Source: Takakia lepidozioides (Eukaryota > Plantae > Bryophyta). From it: a stretch of DNA of 64,000 nt. Under the pieces are notes generated by a model that did no database searches, was not told the origin of the DNA, and saw nothing but the letters and a program-made list of their open reading frames with translations. The translations under genes and the position numbers were made by a program. Of this stretch, positions 1 to 13,600 are shown in pieces. Positions within the stretch are counted from its first letter, which is position 1. Each line of letters begins with the position of its first letter. The stretch is taken from positions 49,538,001-49,602,000 of the forward strand of contig CM060733.1 in assembly GCA_030704615.1 (NCBI GenBank). The letters run 5' to 3'.

Positions 1-470
1 AATTCGGCATCCCGTTTGGAAATATGCCAAAGACAGTGTCCCTTGCATGTGGTGGCTATGACCCCTCCCAAGCCTTCACGAATGCCAAGGATATCAGGTC
101 ATAAAACTGAACATTGTGCGGTTTCTTTCGTGGGTTCCTGGCGTTGTATGCACCTAGTGGTCCAAGCTTGGAATTTTCCTTTGACGTATCCAGCAGAAAG
201 TGATCGAGTTTAGTGGAAGAAGCACACATGATAGTCAAACAAGAGCTGTAATCAACATCCTTGACGTCTTGAAACGTTTGGAATATCTACCACGTAGTTC
301 AATGCTGGAGCATGGAACAGCGCTGGCAGGAATTCTTTAAAGATCCTTCACAATGGTGCGCCTACAGCTCTGATAAGGTGCGTTTTCTTCATACATGATC
401 TGAATGTCAGAGGGGGGTTTTTACGCACTCGGGCATATCGAATTTTGTCATACTCATATCCTAGGTGTTG

Positions 471-1327
471 ACTGTTACCTTAACCAAAGCAAGGTCTTGC
501 CAAGCACAAGAAAAAAAGAGCTTGGTCTCAAAAGGTAGGGTTTATAAAGGGAGGGAGAGAGACTTCATTGTGCTGCCATTCATCAAAGATCCAGAGGAGG
601 GCTCCTAGGGAAACGTCATAGGCATGCAGGTGGTACCTCCGCCATCACTGTCGCGGTTCCTTTGTGCAGCAAAAAAACACACAACTGAGACGGGGAATCT
701 TCCCTCATCTCTAAGCCACCGCCATCGCCTTAAAGAGCCCGCCCAGGCGTCGCTCACAGGAGCCATAAACACTCAAGGATTGGCAGCTCAAGGTATCTGC
801 AGCACAAGCACCAACGCTCCTCACAAGCCGCCATTGCACGCGCTCTCGCAGTGCAAAAAGAAAGACATTAGGGTTGCGCAGGTTTTCCCTGTCTGGCCCG
901 TCATTCATCCTTCTCAGGATGAAAAACATCCGCCGGTCTGTCCGCCCGACGGACGTTGTCCGTTTCTCATCCGTGGAAGATGAAAGACATCGTGCTTTCA
1001 TCCTGTCTTGCACTCAACGGATGTAGTCCGTATTTCATCTAGGTTAGATGAAAAAACATGGGTTTTTTTTACCTGTCTTGCCCTCTATTTAGGTCCCGTC
1101 AGATGAAGTCCTTTTTTCATCCAGGTTGGATTGAAAAAGTAGAAACTGATGGGAGTTTTGCAACTCATAGGTTTTTTTAGTGAAGAAATGTTTCACTAGG
1201 ATTTTTTTTTTAAAAAAATCATTTTGGATAAAAAAAACTTCCAAAATTCCCTGCAACCCAATTTTGCAATTTTTTCCAATTTCCTCAAAAATGGAAGTCG
1301 GGACAACAATTCCATAAGCCCAGTGTC
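471..1327. repeat. ~860-bp direct repeat, copy 1 (copy 2 at 4878-5735)
   Basis: Near-identical from ACTGTTACCTT..CCAAAGCAAGGTCTTGCC to CATAAGCCCAGTGTC; contains several inverted TTTCATC/GATGAAA motifs. Confidence 0.93.
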
Positions 1328-2001
1328 CAGAGGGAGAGAGAGGGAGAGAGAGGGAATCCCACCATCCAACCCCTGGTATGGCAGGCCCTTACGGAATGAA
1401 TGTGGTATGCACTCATCCCGTAAGGGAGTGCATACCAGACTCCTCTCCGAAAGGGCAAACTCTCCCTGCTCATATGCCAATCCTTCGGAAGATGTCCTGA
1501 AAAGGATTATCAGGCTACCCTTAGACAAACTGGGTATCCGAAACAAGTATATCAACCTTAATGGTGTAATTGGGGTATGTATTGAGCATAGACCCCGAAA
1601 ATAGAACTAGTTTATTCAAGGTATTACATGTATAAGAAACCAGCTGCTTTATGCATGGTTTTCTTTCATTTTGTTCCATCAAAAGTCAACAAATCTGCAT
1701 ACATAAGAGAAATGACATACCATTTTTAGGTTGTCAATGATCATTCCCAGGCATCAAAGTTCTTCTTGTGGATTGGGGAGAACTCTCCTGCCATCTGCCT
1801 GGATCGGTTCGACCCATGGCTCCCAATGTCGATTGTGGAGCAGGAATTAGATCCAGAGCCTCCATTGGATGTTCTGGTTGCGGACTTAGCATTCTCGGAG
1901 TTAGAGTAAGATTGTTGTTTCTGCCCGAACCTGCCACCTCTTTGGTAGCCCTCACGTCCTCTAAAATTAGCACCCATGCCCTTGTTGGGTCTCCCTGTTT
2001 G

Positions 2002-3351
2002 CTAGAAAGTGTTCCCTTCAATGCGTTGCCGTTTATAGCTATTAAACGCAGGTTTGGGGAGGCTGTCGGAGAAAGATCCAGGTTTGATCAATCTCTCAAT
2101 GAATCTAGCCCCTTTGGAGTCCGGTAGCTTATCAAGCAATTTTGCCTTGGGGTTATCGGCAAAAGTTTCTGTTGCTTCCAAAAGGAGCTCCCGGATCATT
2201 TGGAATGTTATTTGAGCCAGTATTGCAGATCCGGCAGCCCTCATCAGCCATACAATGAAGCTATAGTACTTGCTTTGTGTTGAGGGGTATGTTGCATCAG
2301 GAAAGAAAGCCCCAAGATTGTTAATCATGTACCAGATCAAATGATCGAACCAAGCCACACTTCCAACACATCCAAACGGAGCAGCACCAGGTCCACAATT
2401 ATATCTTAGGTATGGCCTGTGCCAGTTCCAGAGTTGGCTTTTGTGATTCCGGGAACGGACAGATCCAGTAGGGGTATCATTTTTGGTCCTAAGAGTGATA
2501 TTGTCCCCTTTGTCACATAGCTTATAATAAAATGTTTTTAAGGGCCATGCAACAGCGATGGGCTCCTTTTTGAATCTCTGGAAACCATCTATAGCATCCT
2601 GATAACAACGTAGGTGTTCAGCATCAGTGATGTTACCCCACTTCATCCACATCTCGATGGAGATGGGTGCTAAGAGGTTGATGTTGGCTTGCGGATGCCA
2701 CATCATGTGTTCATTGTTGGCCACGTCGAGCTCAACGGAGCGAGGGGGTGTCCAAGGGACAAATTGCTGATTCCCCGAGGTAGCGCCTGTTGCCCTGTCT
2801 TGTTCCACCTGTGACATTTCCACATGCTCACAGAAATCCTTCACCGCATCAATTTCATGTTTGGGAAGACACATGTGACTTAGAAGCGGGTGATTGGTGA
2901 CAGAGGGGGTAAAATCTTGCTCAGCATTGGAGGACGATTTCTGGGTAGAAGGGGCATGTTCGTCTTCAGGGTTAGCCAGACGTAGTGCAGCCTCAATCTT
3001 TTCTCCTTTAAGACCACATTCCGAGAGTTCTTTGGTATCCTCTTCAAGGATAGTAGGCATATGTTCATGATAGTCAATCAGTCTGATCATGTACTTGCCA
3101 TTTTTATTTGCAGATAGGGACAGCTTAACCCAGTCCTCTAGGGCCAAAGTCTCAAGCAACAGGATTGGATTGTCATCACCTGAATCAATAGTTGTTGAGT
3201 CCAATGTTTGCACTTTAGCATGGAAGTCCATTGGCTTTGTTTGTGCCAACACAGCCTGAATAGCAAAGATTGGAGGGGGCAGCGGTGGCTGACATCCCAT
3301 GGCCTGCAGCTCAGAAATCCATTCCGGAGTCTGTTTGGTGGAACTCTGCAC
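2002..3351 (-). CDS. Uncharacterised ~449-aa open exon, probably the last large exon of a spliced gene or TE cargo
   Basis: Long stop-free frame starting at an acceptor-like TTTATGTGCAG; possible upstream exons at ~3730-3930 and ~4090-4330; no family recognised. Confidence 0.45.
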   Translation of the reverse strand: MQSSTKQTPEWISELQAMGCQPPLPPPIFAIQAVLAQTKPMDFHAKVQTLDSTTIDSGDDNPILLLETLALEDWVKLSLSANKNGKYMIRLIDYHEHMPTILEEDTKELSECGLKGEKIEAALRLANPEDEHAPSTQKSSSNAEQDFTPSVTNHPLLSHMCLPKHEIDAVKDFCEHVEMSQVEQDRATGATSGNQQFVPWTPPRSVELDVANNEHMMWHPQANINLLAPISIEMWMKWGNITDAEHLRCYQDAIDGFQRFKKEPIAVAWPLKTFYYKLCDKGDNITLRTKNDTPTGSVRSRNHKSQLWNWHRPYLRYNCGPGAAPFGCVGSVAWFDHLIWYMINNLGAFFPDATYPSTQSKYYSFIVWLMRAAGSAILAQITFQMIRELLLEATETFADNPKAKLLDKLPDSKGARFIERLIKPGSFSDSLPKPAFNSYKRQRIEGNTF

Positions 3352-4877
3352 ATAAACTGGAAATTTAGCCTGGTAACCAAAGGATAGTGTATGCAGAAAC
3401 CACTAAGCATACTGGACAGTAAGAGAAGGAAGATACTTTTTGTCATGTCAAGACAAAGACAGGACCCCTAGGGTCGTTGTCATGAAAGAATAAATAGACA
3501 TATCAGCCACATAACAGTGGCATTATCCATCAATCATCAAGCTTATAAAATCCAGAATTACATCCATGCACAGTAGTGTGTTCATGTCAGTATTATTCAT
3601 AATCCAGAGAGTATGCCACTGATGCTGATTGCCCATCAGTTAAGATCATGATACACTTACATAGGTCTGGGTGGGATGGCGGGTATTTGGCCATATTTTG
3701 GCCTTGATGTGTTGCAGGTCATATAGTCATACAGATTTATTGTCTGCAAACTGTAATCCAAGCATACTTACTAAAACCCCATGGGTGTCATGGAGGGTTT
3801 TCTTGAAAAGAAATGAACACTTGGATATCATAGATTTAAATACCTTGCCTTGCCAGTATTTGTTTAGACTGGTGTGCAGTACAACTTGCCCCCACAGGGG
3901 ATGTGGATATGTCTGGTAAGTTTTCCAGAACATCCCTATACCTTTATTTCTCGCTACAGCTGAAAATCAAAGCTCATGACACAGCAAGGTAAATATAAAT
4001 GACTGCATACACATCCTGTGACAGTTATATGATACTGTCAGTATACCCTTCACATCATTCCACATTTGACCATGTCATTACACCATGTTCAGGGGATATT
4101 TCCACTTGACCACCCTGGCTGCATAAAAAACCAGTTACCATTTATATTACTGTCATATTTCAGTGTCAGCCGAATAGCCACAGGCAGAAACTTCATCATA
4201 CCCTGGCCTAAGCATCTAGCTAACAAAGCCATCTGGATTGGAACATAACAGGGGTCTTTTACCAACAAAGGTAGCCGAGTAGCTGCAGCAACCATTTCCT
4301 TGCAGCCTCTCACTTTGTTTCCAACTACCATAAGGTAAGCAAAGCAAACTAAGGCCTGGAAAACAGATGTGTGTCTCTCACACACGCCATCATAAATCAG
4401 GTTGTCACCATATAACAGAGGTTTTCCACTGGCTGGGCCGAACTAGCCCATCGTAGAAAGCATTACACTTGTTCTTAAAAAATCAAGTAAGGAAAGAGGT
4501 AGGATTGAGAAAAACCATAGAGTAGTTTAGTTTGTCAACATTTTAAGATGAATCCCTGGCAAGCGATTCTTTCCCCTGCAATCCCACTTGGCATCCAACA
4601 GCACCTAGACATCAGAATATTAAGTGGAAGCCCTCACATGTGCCCGTCCCAAAAACAACCACAACGCATTGTGAGTTAGTGAGGATGCACGAGGTGAGTA
4701 GCAGGCTTCCACACTTGCTATCGAGGTCAAATACACTTCAATCTAAGCGCAGAGAATGTCAAAGCAAGCAAGGAAGCAAAACCAACAGAAAAAAAAAACA
4801 TTTTTTTTTGTTTGGGGGAGAGTCGTCATCTCTCCACAAGCCTAACCGTGTAGGGAAGACTCCGCCAGCACCACAAC

Positions 4878-5735
4878 ACTGCTACCTTCACCAAAGCAAG
4901 GTCTTGCCAAGCACAAGAAAAAAAGAGCTTGGTCTCAAAAGGTAGGGTTTATAAAGGGAGGGAGAGATACTTCATTGTGCCGCCATTCATCAAAGATCCA
5001 GAGGAGGGCTCCTAGGGAAACGTCATAGGCATGCAGGTGGTACCTCCGCCATCACTGCCGCGGTTCCCTTGTGCAGCAAAAAAACACACAACTGAGATAG
5101 GGAATCTTCCCTCATCTCTAAGCCACCGCCATCGCCTTAAAGAGCCCGCCCAGGCGTCGCTCACAGGAGCCATAAACACTCAAGGATTGGCAGCTCAAGG
5201 TATCTGCAGCACGAGCATCATCACTCCTCACAAGCCGCCATTGCGCGCGCTCTCGCAGTGCAAAAAGAAAGACATTAGGGTTACGCAGGGTTTTCCCCTG
5301 TCTGGCCCGTCATTCATCCTTCTCAAGATGAAAAACATCCGCCGGTCTGTCCGCCCGACGGACGTTGTCTGTTTCTCATCCGTGGAAGATGAAAGACATC
5401 GTGCTTTCATCTTGTCTTGCACTCAACGGATGTAGTCCATATTTCATCTAGGTTAGATGAAAAAACATGGGGGGTTTTTTTACCTATCTTGCCCTGTATT
5501 TAGGTCCCGTCAGATGAAGTCCTTTTTTCATCGAGGTTGGATTGAAAAAGTAGAAACTGACTGGAGTTTTGCAACTCACAGGTTTTTTTAGTGAAGAAAT
5601 ATTTCACTATGATTTTTTAAAAAAAAATTCATGTTGGATAAAAAACATCCAAAATTCCCTGGAACTTAATTTTGCAATTTTTTCCAATTTCCTCAAAAAT
5701 GGAAGTCGGGACAACAATTCCATAAGCCCAGTGTC
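4878..5735. repeat. ~860-bp direct repeat, copy 2
   Basis: Matches 471-1327 with scattered substitutions and indels. Confidence 0.93.
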
Positions 5736-6441
5736 AAGATGGAGAGCCTAGGGAGAGAGATGGACTGTTGAGGGGGGGAGGAAAAAAAATAAAAAAATGA
5801 GGGGAGAGGGCAGCTGCTCCAGTCACTTTCCCACCCCCCCCCACCGTTTTTTTTTTTTTTTTCCCCTCAACAGTCCCTCTCTCTCCACATCCTGATGGGA
5901 CAAAGGGACAAAGGGAGAGAGAGAGGGAGAGAGTGGGAGAGATGAAAGAAGAAAAATAAAATAAAAAAGTTGGGAGGGGGGGGGGAAGCGACTCAGCAAC
6001 TGCTGCTGCTCAGTCACTTCCCCCCTCAACATTTTCGTTTTTGGTTTGTGGAATGGTGGGGAGTGTTGAAAGCAGCTTGCTGCTGCTGGTCTTAGGCCCC
6101 CCCCCCCCGACCTTTCATTTTTTGATTTTGGCAATGGTGGGGGGCGCTGAGAGCTACAACAGCAAGTACTTGCTGCTGCTGCTCTCAGTCCCCCCCACCT
6201 TTTTTCTTTTCTTTTTGAAATGGTGGGGGGCTGACAGCAGCAGCAAGTGCTGGTGCTCTCAGCACCTACCCACCCACCCCCCCCCCTCTTTTCATTTTTT
6301 GCTTATCAGCAGAGAGAGAAAATGGGAGACAAAGATATAGAGACATAAAGATAGAGGAAGGGGGAGGGTCAGGCCTTGTTGGTTTTTGGCATGTGAAATC
6401 ACATGGTAGTAGTGTTGTGGGCGCAGGGATAAGCTGGTAGT

Positions 6442-8281
6442 ATGGCGAAGGACAAGGAGAAGGGGCCGCCGAAGGACAAGGAGAAGGCGCCGCCGAAGGA
6501 GCAGAAGCCGCCTGCCGCTAAGGTAGGGAAGCTTGACAACGCTCCCATCATTGACGGCCGTGTGACACGGTCCACTTGGTCCAAACTCACCAGCCCTATA
6601 GGCGGCTATGTGAGAGGACCAAGCCGTAAGGCCGTCGAGGCCTCCACGCCCTCGAAGGTTGAGGCTGGGGATGAGCCTCCACTTGAGGGTGGTGCACCCA
6701 ATGTTCAGGCTGGGACGCGACCCCACGAGCTGATGGAGGGCCCTGACTTTTACGCGGGGAAGCGCATTCTTAGATCTGCCGCCAGGTATGGGCAACTTGA
6801 TCTTAGCCCCACCGCGAATGCATTTTTCCCCTTCTTCTGCAGCCAAGAGGGCTTATAAGGGGGGGGCTCAGAAGGGGGTGGGTTCCTCCTCACCTTGGGA
6901 GAAGAGGGAGGCTTCAAAGGAGGCCGCAATGAGGTGGAAGGAGGAGGAAAGGAAGAGGGAGGAAGACAAGAAGAGGGAAGAGGGAAATAAAGGGGCACGG
7001 GAAAGGGAGGGGGAAGAGGAGAGGGTGACACTGGCTATGGAGGGCCCCTTGTGAAGTCCGTCACCTGAACGGTCAATGAAGAAGACCCTGGACTTTGGGG
7101 CACCGCCTGCGAGCCTATTGGGTGCATGGGATAGGCTTCCACCCTTATTCCGAGAGGGCCTTATGGGGGGTGCACCACAAGCGGGGACCGAGGGCAACAT
7201 TGAGGTCATGGACGCAAAGGTGAGTCTCTTTCCTTCACTTTTTTTCCTCTCCTTTGCCTTTCATTTTGTTTATGGTTTGTTTCTAATTTTGTGGGTTTTG
7301 TGTTCAGGAGCTTGGCGCATTCGTGGCTAAGCTTGTGGCAAGCAGTGGGATTGCCACCGACAAAACAGGGACAGTGGTGGTGCCTATCCGTGGGGACGGT
7401 AAGAGGAAGAGGAAAAGACGTCGTGTCCTCGAGGTTCCCCTAATCATCAAGGAGGGTAGGGAAGTAGTGGAGGGGAAGGGGAAATGACAGGCCCAGGAGA
7501 GGGAACGTAAGAGAAAGAGGCGTAGAAGGAGAGAGGTGCAGCCGGGGGAGGGCACTAGTGGGGGAACAAAAGACAAGGGGGAGCTAGTTCAGATGAGTGT
7601 GCAGCCGGTGGAGGGCATTAGCGGGGCAACAAAAGACAAGGGAGAGGTAGTTCAGAAGAGCGTGGACGAGGTAAAGACCTCGGGTCCCCGCAACCTTGAT
7701 TTGCCAAAGATGAAGGTGCCCCCTTAGAGACTAATAAGGTCGGTGACCCCATTGGTGAGTATTGGGAGGCCATGAAAAAATTAGTCTTCGACTTGGCGGC
7801 GAGGTGGTTCCCTTGGCATATTGATTGGCCACGCCAATCACGTCGCCATAGGCGAACATTCGTGCAAGCACTTGAGGGCACATTTCTAGGTGAGTGGAAT
7901 GAGGGGGAGCTCTTGGAGCTGGTGGGAAAGAACCTCAAGGACAAGAGGTACCGTGCGCGACAAACCATTCGCAAGGCACTCAAGGCGGGGGTCGAACCAA
8001 CGACCATGCCACATGGAATAACCCAAGGTAAGACGCACTTCATTTGTCATTGGTGTCTTTGAATGCATGTTCATTGCGGTATGGAGTTCATTAATATCTA
8101 TAGTGTCTTTGTTGGGGCTGGACAAGAATCTTGGGAGGCTCTCATCGCAGGGGAGAGGGAAGACTTGAAGGCGGAGATCTTCGCAAGGGGACGTGCGGCA
8201 ACTGCAGCCCGCCTCGAGAAGTGTGCAGAATCAACATACAAGTGGGGGCCCGGCGGAAGCAAGAGTTTTGTCACCCGATTC
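6442..8281 (+). pseudogene. CACTA-1 TnpA/PTTA-like (Transposase_24-type) gene, 5' part, frameshifted
   Basis: Charged low-complexity N-terminus, then MKKLVFDLAARWFPW..ESWEALIA..TYKWGPGGSKSFVTRF|GTAAGT; continues at 45463. Confidence 0.65.
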
Positions 8282-9099
8282 GTAAGTGTTCTTTCTCTTG
8301 TCATACCCATTCTTCTTTTTTACACTAGAAGCATTCGTGTCTTTTCCGATTCGACTGCATGTCCGCGACCACTCCGGGAACCACTTGGTAGTAAACGGGA
8401 CTACTGGAGAGTCGAAACAGACAATGTGGGCCCACGGGGGCATTTCAGACGGCGGACAGAAGTGGGGTCAACGACTCCGGAGTCGTAGCAGAATTCCGGG
8501 CTATTTTACGAATTGCGTAAATACATAAAATTTGAAAAAGCCAAAATTACAAGTTGTTGTAATTACTGCACATGCGACTACAAATTTTCTTTCCTAATTC
8601 GATTAATGGAATAAAGATATTTATTCATTAAAGTGAATATGTAGTCGACTCAACGACTCCATGAACCACTGCGCATTCATTGCACCCATGACTCGGCAGC
8701 ACATTTGCTGACGTGGCTTTCACAAAAAGAGGTAAACAAAATGTGGCCTTGGGGGAATAGATATTTTAATACGTGCTGCCTCCACCTGCCAGAGACAAGG
8801 ATGCAAGTGTTGCGTCGGACATGGCGGGACGTGGGAATGCAAATCCTGACACGGCAAGGCCTTCGTATACTGTGAGCGCGCGTAGTGGCTTCTCAGAACG
8901 GTGTGACATCGGGGTCTTGGTCATTCAACATTTACAGAATGTGCTGGATGGAGGCACGATGGAGCGCGCATACGGGCATGCCTTTCTGGCATCAATTCCC
9001 AAGTATCCACGCAAGGTGAGGCTGCTGAATTGGGTTTTTGCCCGTCTAGTTTTCTGACAGCATGCTCGAAACGTTCATAGTGCCATTGAGTGGCATCGC

Positions 9100-9810
9100 A
9101 ATAATTTGATGTGTAGCTGCTTTTCCATTTCACAAGTTATACAAAAGGCGTCACAGAAGAAGATCGCAAAGACGTGAAGGCTGAAGAATATGCCCTTTGG
9201 TTGTGAACTACAATCATATCATGCCAAACCCCATTTTGCCCACGCAGATGAGGGAGACATTCTGCATTTGCGAGTGGGACTTAATTCCTCTAAACCCAGC
9301 TTGAAGGCAGTTGTGACACCAGAGAAACTGGAAACTACCTCCAAGAAAGTTGAAACTCGCAAGATAGTCATGTATTCGTCTCGTTATCTCCAACTGGGAT
9401 TCCGCGTTATCATCCGACCCTTTACATGTGCGCTGGAATGGAGTATAATTCTGGTTTAGGCAGTTATTGCCACCAGACGTTCGCTTCTCCAATTTTTACA
9501 TTTAAGGATCTGTTTGTGTTTATGGCACTCTTTCTCCCAAGGAGGCCTGAGTACCCCCCTGTACTTGCAAGAATTTGATGTGTAGCTGCTTTTCCCTTTC
9601 ATAAATTATGAAGAAGCAGTCACAGAAGAAGATCGCAAAGAGGTCAAGGCTGAAAGCATTCATTAAGGTTGTGAACTACAATCATATCATGCCAAACCAG
9701 CGGCGGCAGATGGTGTCATGAGACATTCTGCGATTTGCGCATAGGTGGACTTAATTTTGATGTTGACTTGAAGGCAGTTGTGACACCAGTGAAACTGGAA
9801 ACTACAGGTA
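9100..9810 (+). repeat. Diverged duplication of a ~240-bp exon-like segment (~9100-9340 and ~9572-9810)
   Basis: AATTTGATGTGTAGCTGCTTTTCC...CACAGAAGAAGATCGCAAAG...GAAACTGGAAACTAC occurs twice. Confidence 0.8.
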
Positions 9811-10637
9811 AGATGATGGCGTGCTGCATCGCGACATAAACCTGCATTTGACATTCAGGCTTAGGATTCATGCAATTTGGTGCTAGTCAGGCCTGCACAG
9901 TTCCAGAGCACAAGTGGGAGCCCATCCGAGGGATGGGGACCTCGTAAGTGCTTCTTCATTTTGTACTCACCTTGTTTTTGCATCGCATTTGTGCTACAAG
10001 GGGCAAAGCCATTCATTTGGCTGGAGGTTCAATTTCTCTACAAGTGAGTTATTCTCGTGTCACTACAATCAGTTAGATGTGTTTGTGGTCGTTGCTGGAT
10101 TTGCGGCTCTGGGGTGTCTTGCCAAGTGCTTGCAGGGATCAACGTTAATGTGGACGTGGCAGTACATGTAGCAAAAAAGCTCATTCACTGGTGAAGAACA
10201 CCATGTTGCAACATATGTCATGCTATTGCTTCGAGAGTGCTGCTGTTGGGCAGGTGGGAGAATGCAACAACGGTGAGAAGGAAAGCAAGGGAAGCACAAA
10301 AAGATGTCGTTCGGTCCTGCTCCTTTGGAGACACCCCCCATTCCACTGGTCTTTGTTCCTGGAAAGCATGCAGATGGGCCAGAAAATGCATGCACACATT
10401 CACGTCTACTTCCCGTACATGAAGACGATCCTCTCCTCACATGTCAGAAACAATATTGGCAGAACAAAAAAAGGTTTGTTCACAAGACAGTACGGACCAC
10501 ATACCGGGACATTATCGATACTATTAACTGTCTCGCCCTTGCGCGCTTGCAGGACTGTACAAAATGGGTTCTAAGGACAGTAAAAGTCCTTAGCATAGCT
10601 CTCGTCTATGAGCTGTTGGCTTAATGGACACTGAGAT

Positions 10638-13600
10638 TCAGCTAGGCTCACTATCTGTATCCAAATAATCTTCCCCTTCACTACCCACATCTGCAATTTG
10701 CCTTGCGGTAATTACCAACCCTGGAATGTCTTCCTCATTAAAGATAACTGCTCCTTCCCAAGAGACTGGTTCGGCCGTATCTGGTAGATTTTGTGGTTCC
10801 CTCAGACCCGCGTGGTCGGCATTCTCCCCTAGGTCCAGATCATGGACGTCGGCCACGACTCGTTTGGCCCGGAGGTCCTTGTGAAAAACCACCTTCCATC
10901 CCGGCGCATGGGTGTCGTCTGAAAAGAAAACTTGCTCAACTTGCGATGGGAAGATAAATGGCTCTTCATCTTGTGGTAGCATTTTTCTGAAATCAGCAAG
11001 GAGGAACCCGTACTCATCCCGTTTCATGGTGGCATTCTCTCCTACCATATTGGCTTTTACCCAAGAACAACGGAATAGAATTGGCTTCACAAGACCATAG
11101 TCTAGTTTAAGGATCTCTTTGATCACTCCTACATATTGCACATGGCATGAAATTGGATTTCGATCTCCTGCACAGCTCCTACTCTCTTGTTCAAAAAATG
11201 ATGTCACTCCGCTGTCATAAGTCACCAGGAGGTGGTGTTGGCATCGTCCACTCTATAGTGATTGCCATTTGCTTTCATTGACCGGTACGAAGTGGCAATC
11301 AGCCCTGGGGGGAATGACAGACTCACCATGCCCTCATCTGGGTCCTCGTTCTCTGATGCGTACACTGCAATTGCAGATCTGACCCACACTGTAAAAGGCT
11401 GCAGCTCCTCTATTGTTGTGGGGTACTCCGCCGGGGATCTGCGCCTACGACCGCCCCTCCGCCATGCTTTTGCAAATGCACTCCGTTCCGTTTTCAGGCG
11501 GACCTTCTCCGCTGCGTACTTTCTGGCAGAAACCAAATAGAAGCTGCAACTCGGTCCCCCTGACCAACACCGTATTGTACATGCATGCCACATGCAGAGT
11601 GTGTGTCCTTTCAAGCACACTGTAGTGATGCAGCCTACTTCATAATCACTTGCAAGCAACAACCAAGATCTACGAAACACCCTCTGTAGTCGTCTGAAGC
11701 ACCCTGTTAGTACACGATCCCACTCCCATAGTGGCCGGAATGACTTGTGACAATATATATGTAATTCCAGCATACAAAGACCATTAAGAATAGCACAGGA
11801 GGGATGTAAGTTGGCACCCACTGTCTCCATGGTGTCATGGTTGTTGTGTTGTTCAGCACATAATCATGTGCCACATCCCGAAGGTGTGGGCTCATGGCAC
11901 GCTTTGTTCCACCACCTTCTAGGACCTCGCCTACAACTCCTTCTTCCTCATTCTCGTCCCACACCCGTCGTTGTATTGCATCAAATGAAGACACATACTC
12001 TGTCATGAAGCCGAGGGCTTCGTCGCGGATGTAGCCCTCCGCCATACTCCCCTCTGGCCGTGCCATGTTGCGTACATACCCCTTCAGATCCTTCATGTAC
12101 CTCTCCATGGGGTACATCCACCGGCTGGCTATGGGCCCACACACATGCAACTCCTCTACAAGATGCACTAGCAAGTGCGTCATGACGTCAAAGAATGATG
12201 GAGGGAATTCTTTCTCCAACAAACATAGGGTCATAGCCACATCCTCATGCAACGATGTAATGTCCCTCGGATCCCACACCTTCGCACAAATCTTCCTAAA
12301 CACTCGACTTACACGCATTATGGCTGTTCGAGGACCTGGCGCCATCGTATCCCGAATGCACACTGGCAAAATCTGTTGCATCATCACATGTAGATCATGT
12401 GACTTCATCCCCGACCATTTCTTGTTTATGGCATGCTTTTGGAAAGCACCCGAGAATCCGGTTGGCACTTTCATGGCTCCCAATGTCTTCAAAAAATCCT
12501 CTTGCTCTGATTTGGTCAAGACGTATGATGTTGTTTGCATGAGCACTTTGCCTGGTCTATTTGGATCAGGCCTTAGCCACAGATGTGACCGTATCCATTC
12601 AATCTCCATGTCCTTTCGTACGTTTATCGTATCCTTCTCCCCAAAGATAGTCTTCAGAATGTTCTTGCAGAAGTTCTTCTCACAATGCATGGGGTCCAGG
12701 AGGTACCGCTGCAAGAGGTTCTGAAATGCCAAATGTCCTCCTATGAGACCAAGTTCTATTGTAGTGTGAATGCAGGGGACAGAACATTACATATGTTTAC
12801 CATTACGACCTACATCACTATGACGGAGTGCCCGTCATCCCAACTGCAGAAAGGATGTATCCCTTCATGTAGGTAATTTCATGAGCGCACTGAACTTATG
12901 CTTTGCCAGGAGAAAATGGCTAAGTCATGACGGTACACATTTTCATCCATGCGATGAACGTTTTCATCACTGGTTCTTGACCTAAAAGATCGCGGGTTGA
13001 GAAAAACGAAGAGGAAGATGACGGATGGCTCGTAGCGGCTGTTGTAAGCAGTGGTGTCGGCAGGGCAGCCTGTGTTAGGAGGTTGTACCTGCGCGGTGAG
13101 ATCTTGCTTGGCTTAGGAAGCGGCATTAAGACGCCTCTGCTTGGTATTCTGTGTAGAAAGAAGCGGTGCCGCCTCTCTCGTAGTGATGATCAATTCCAAG
13201 AGATAGAAGCATGTAAGGAAAGCGGCGCACCACCACTGCCGCCAGTGCCTTGAAGATGATAGTTATGGGCAGATGAGCAAGCAAGGAAAAGGCCAGCTGC
13301 TGAAAGCACAGGGAAGAGAGTCTGGGCACAATCAATGGGGGGGAGGTAAAGCATGTGGAGTTCTGGCTGTATGGTATCTCAGGTTCTCTGTCATTAAGCT
13401 TCTAGCTGCTTTGTGTCTCCTTGTTATAGGACCAGGCTAATTCGAGAGGAAGAATTGCATAGCGTAATCTGGTTGTCAGGCCACAGGATGGTCCAAGTGA
13501 AGAAGGGGAGCCATCATGGCGTCATAAGGTCTGGAATCAAGACAAAGAGAAAGGGTTGAAGTGGCTGCTGACGGGCGATGGCAAGGTGCCACCTTGACAG

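Noticed and set aside
471-5735. LTR retrotransposon or TRIM/LARD
   Set aside because: No shared TG..CA termini, PBS, PPT, TSD or gag/pol motifs found
5740-6370. Structured repeat or ncRNA in the G/C-run, CAGCAG/CTGCTG region
   Set aside because: Low-complexity, loosely inverted motifs upstream of the TnpA-like gene; no definable unit or RNA family
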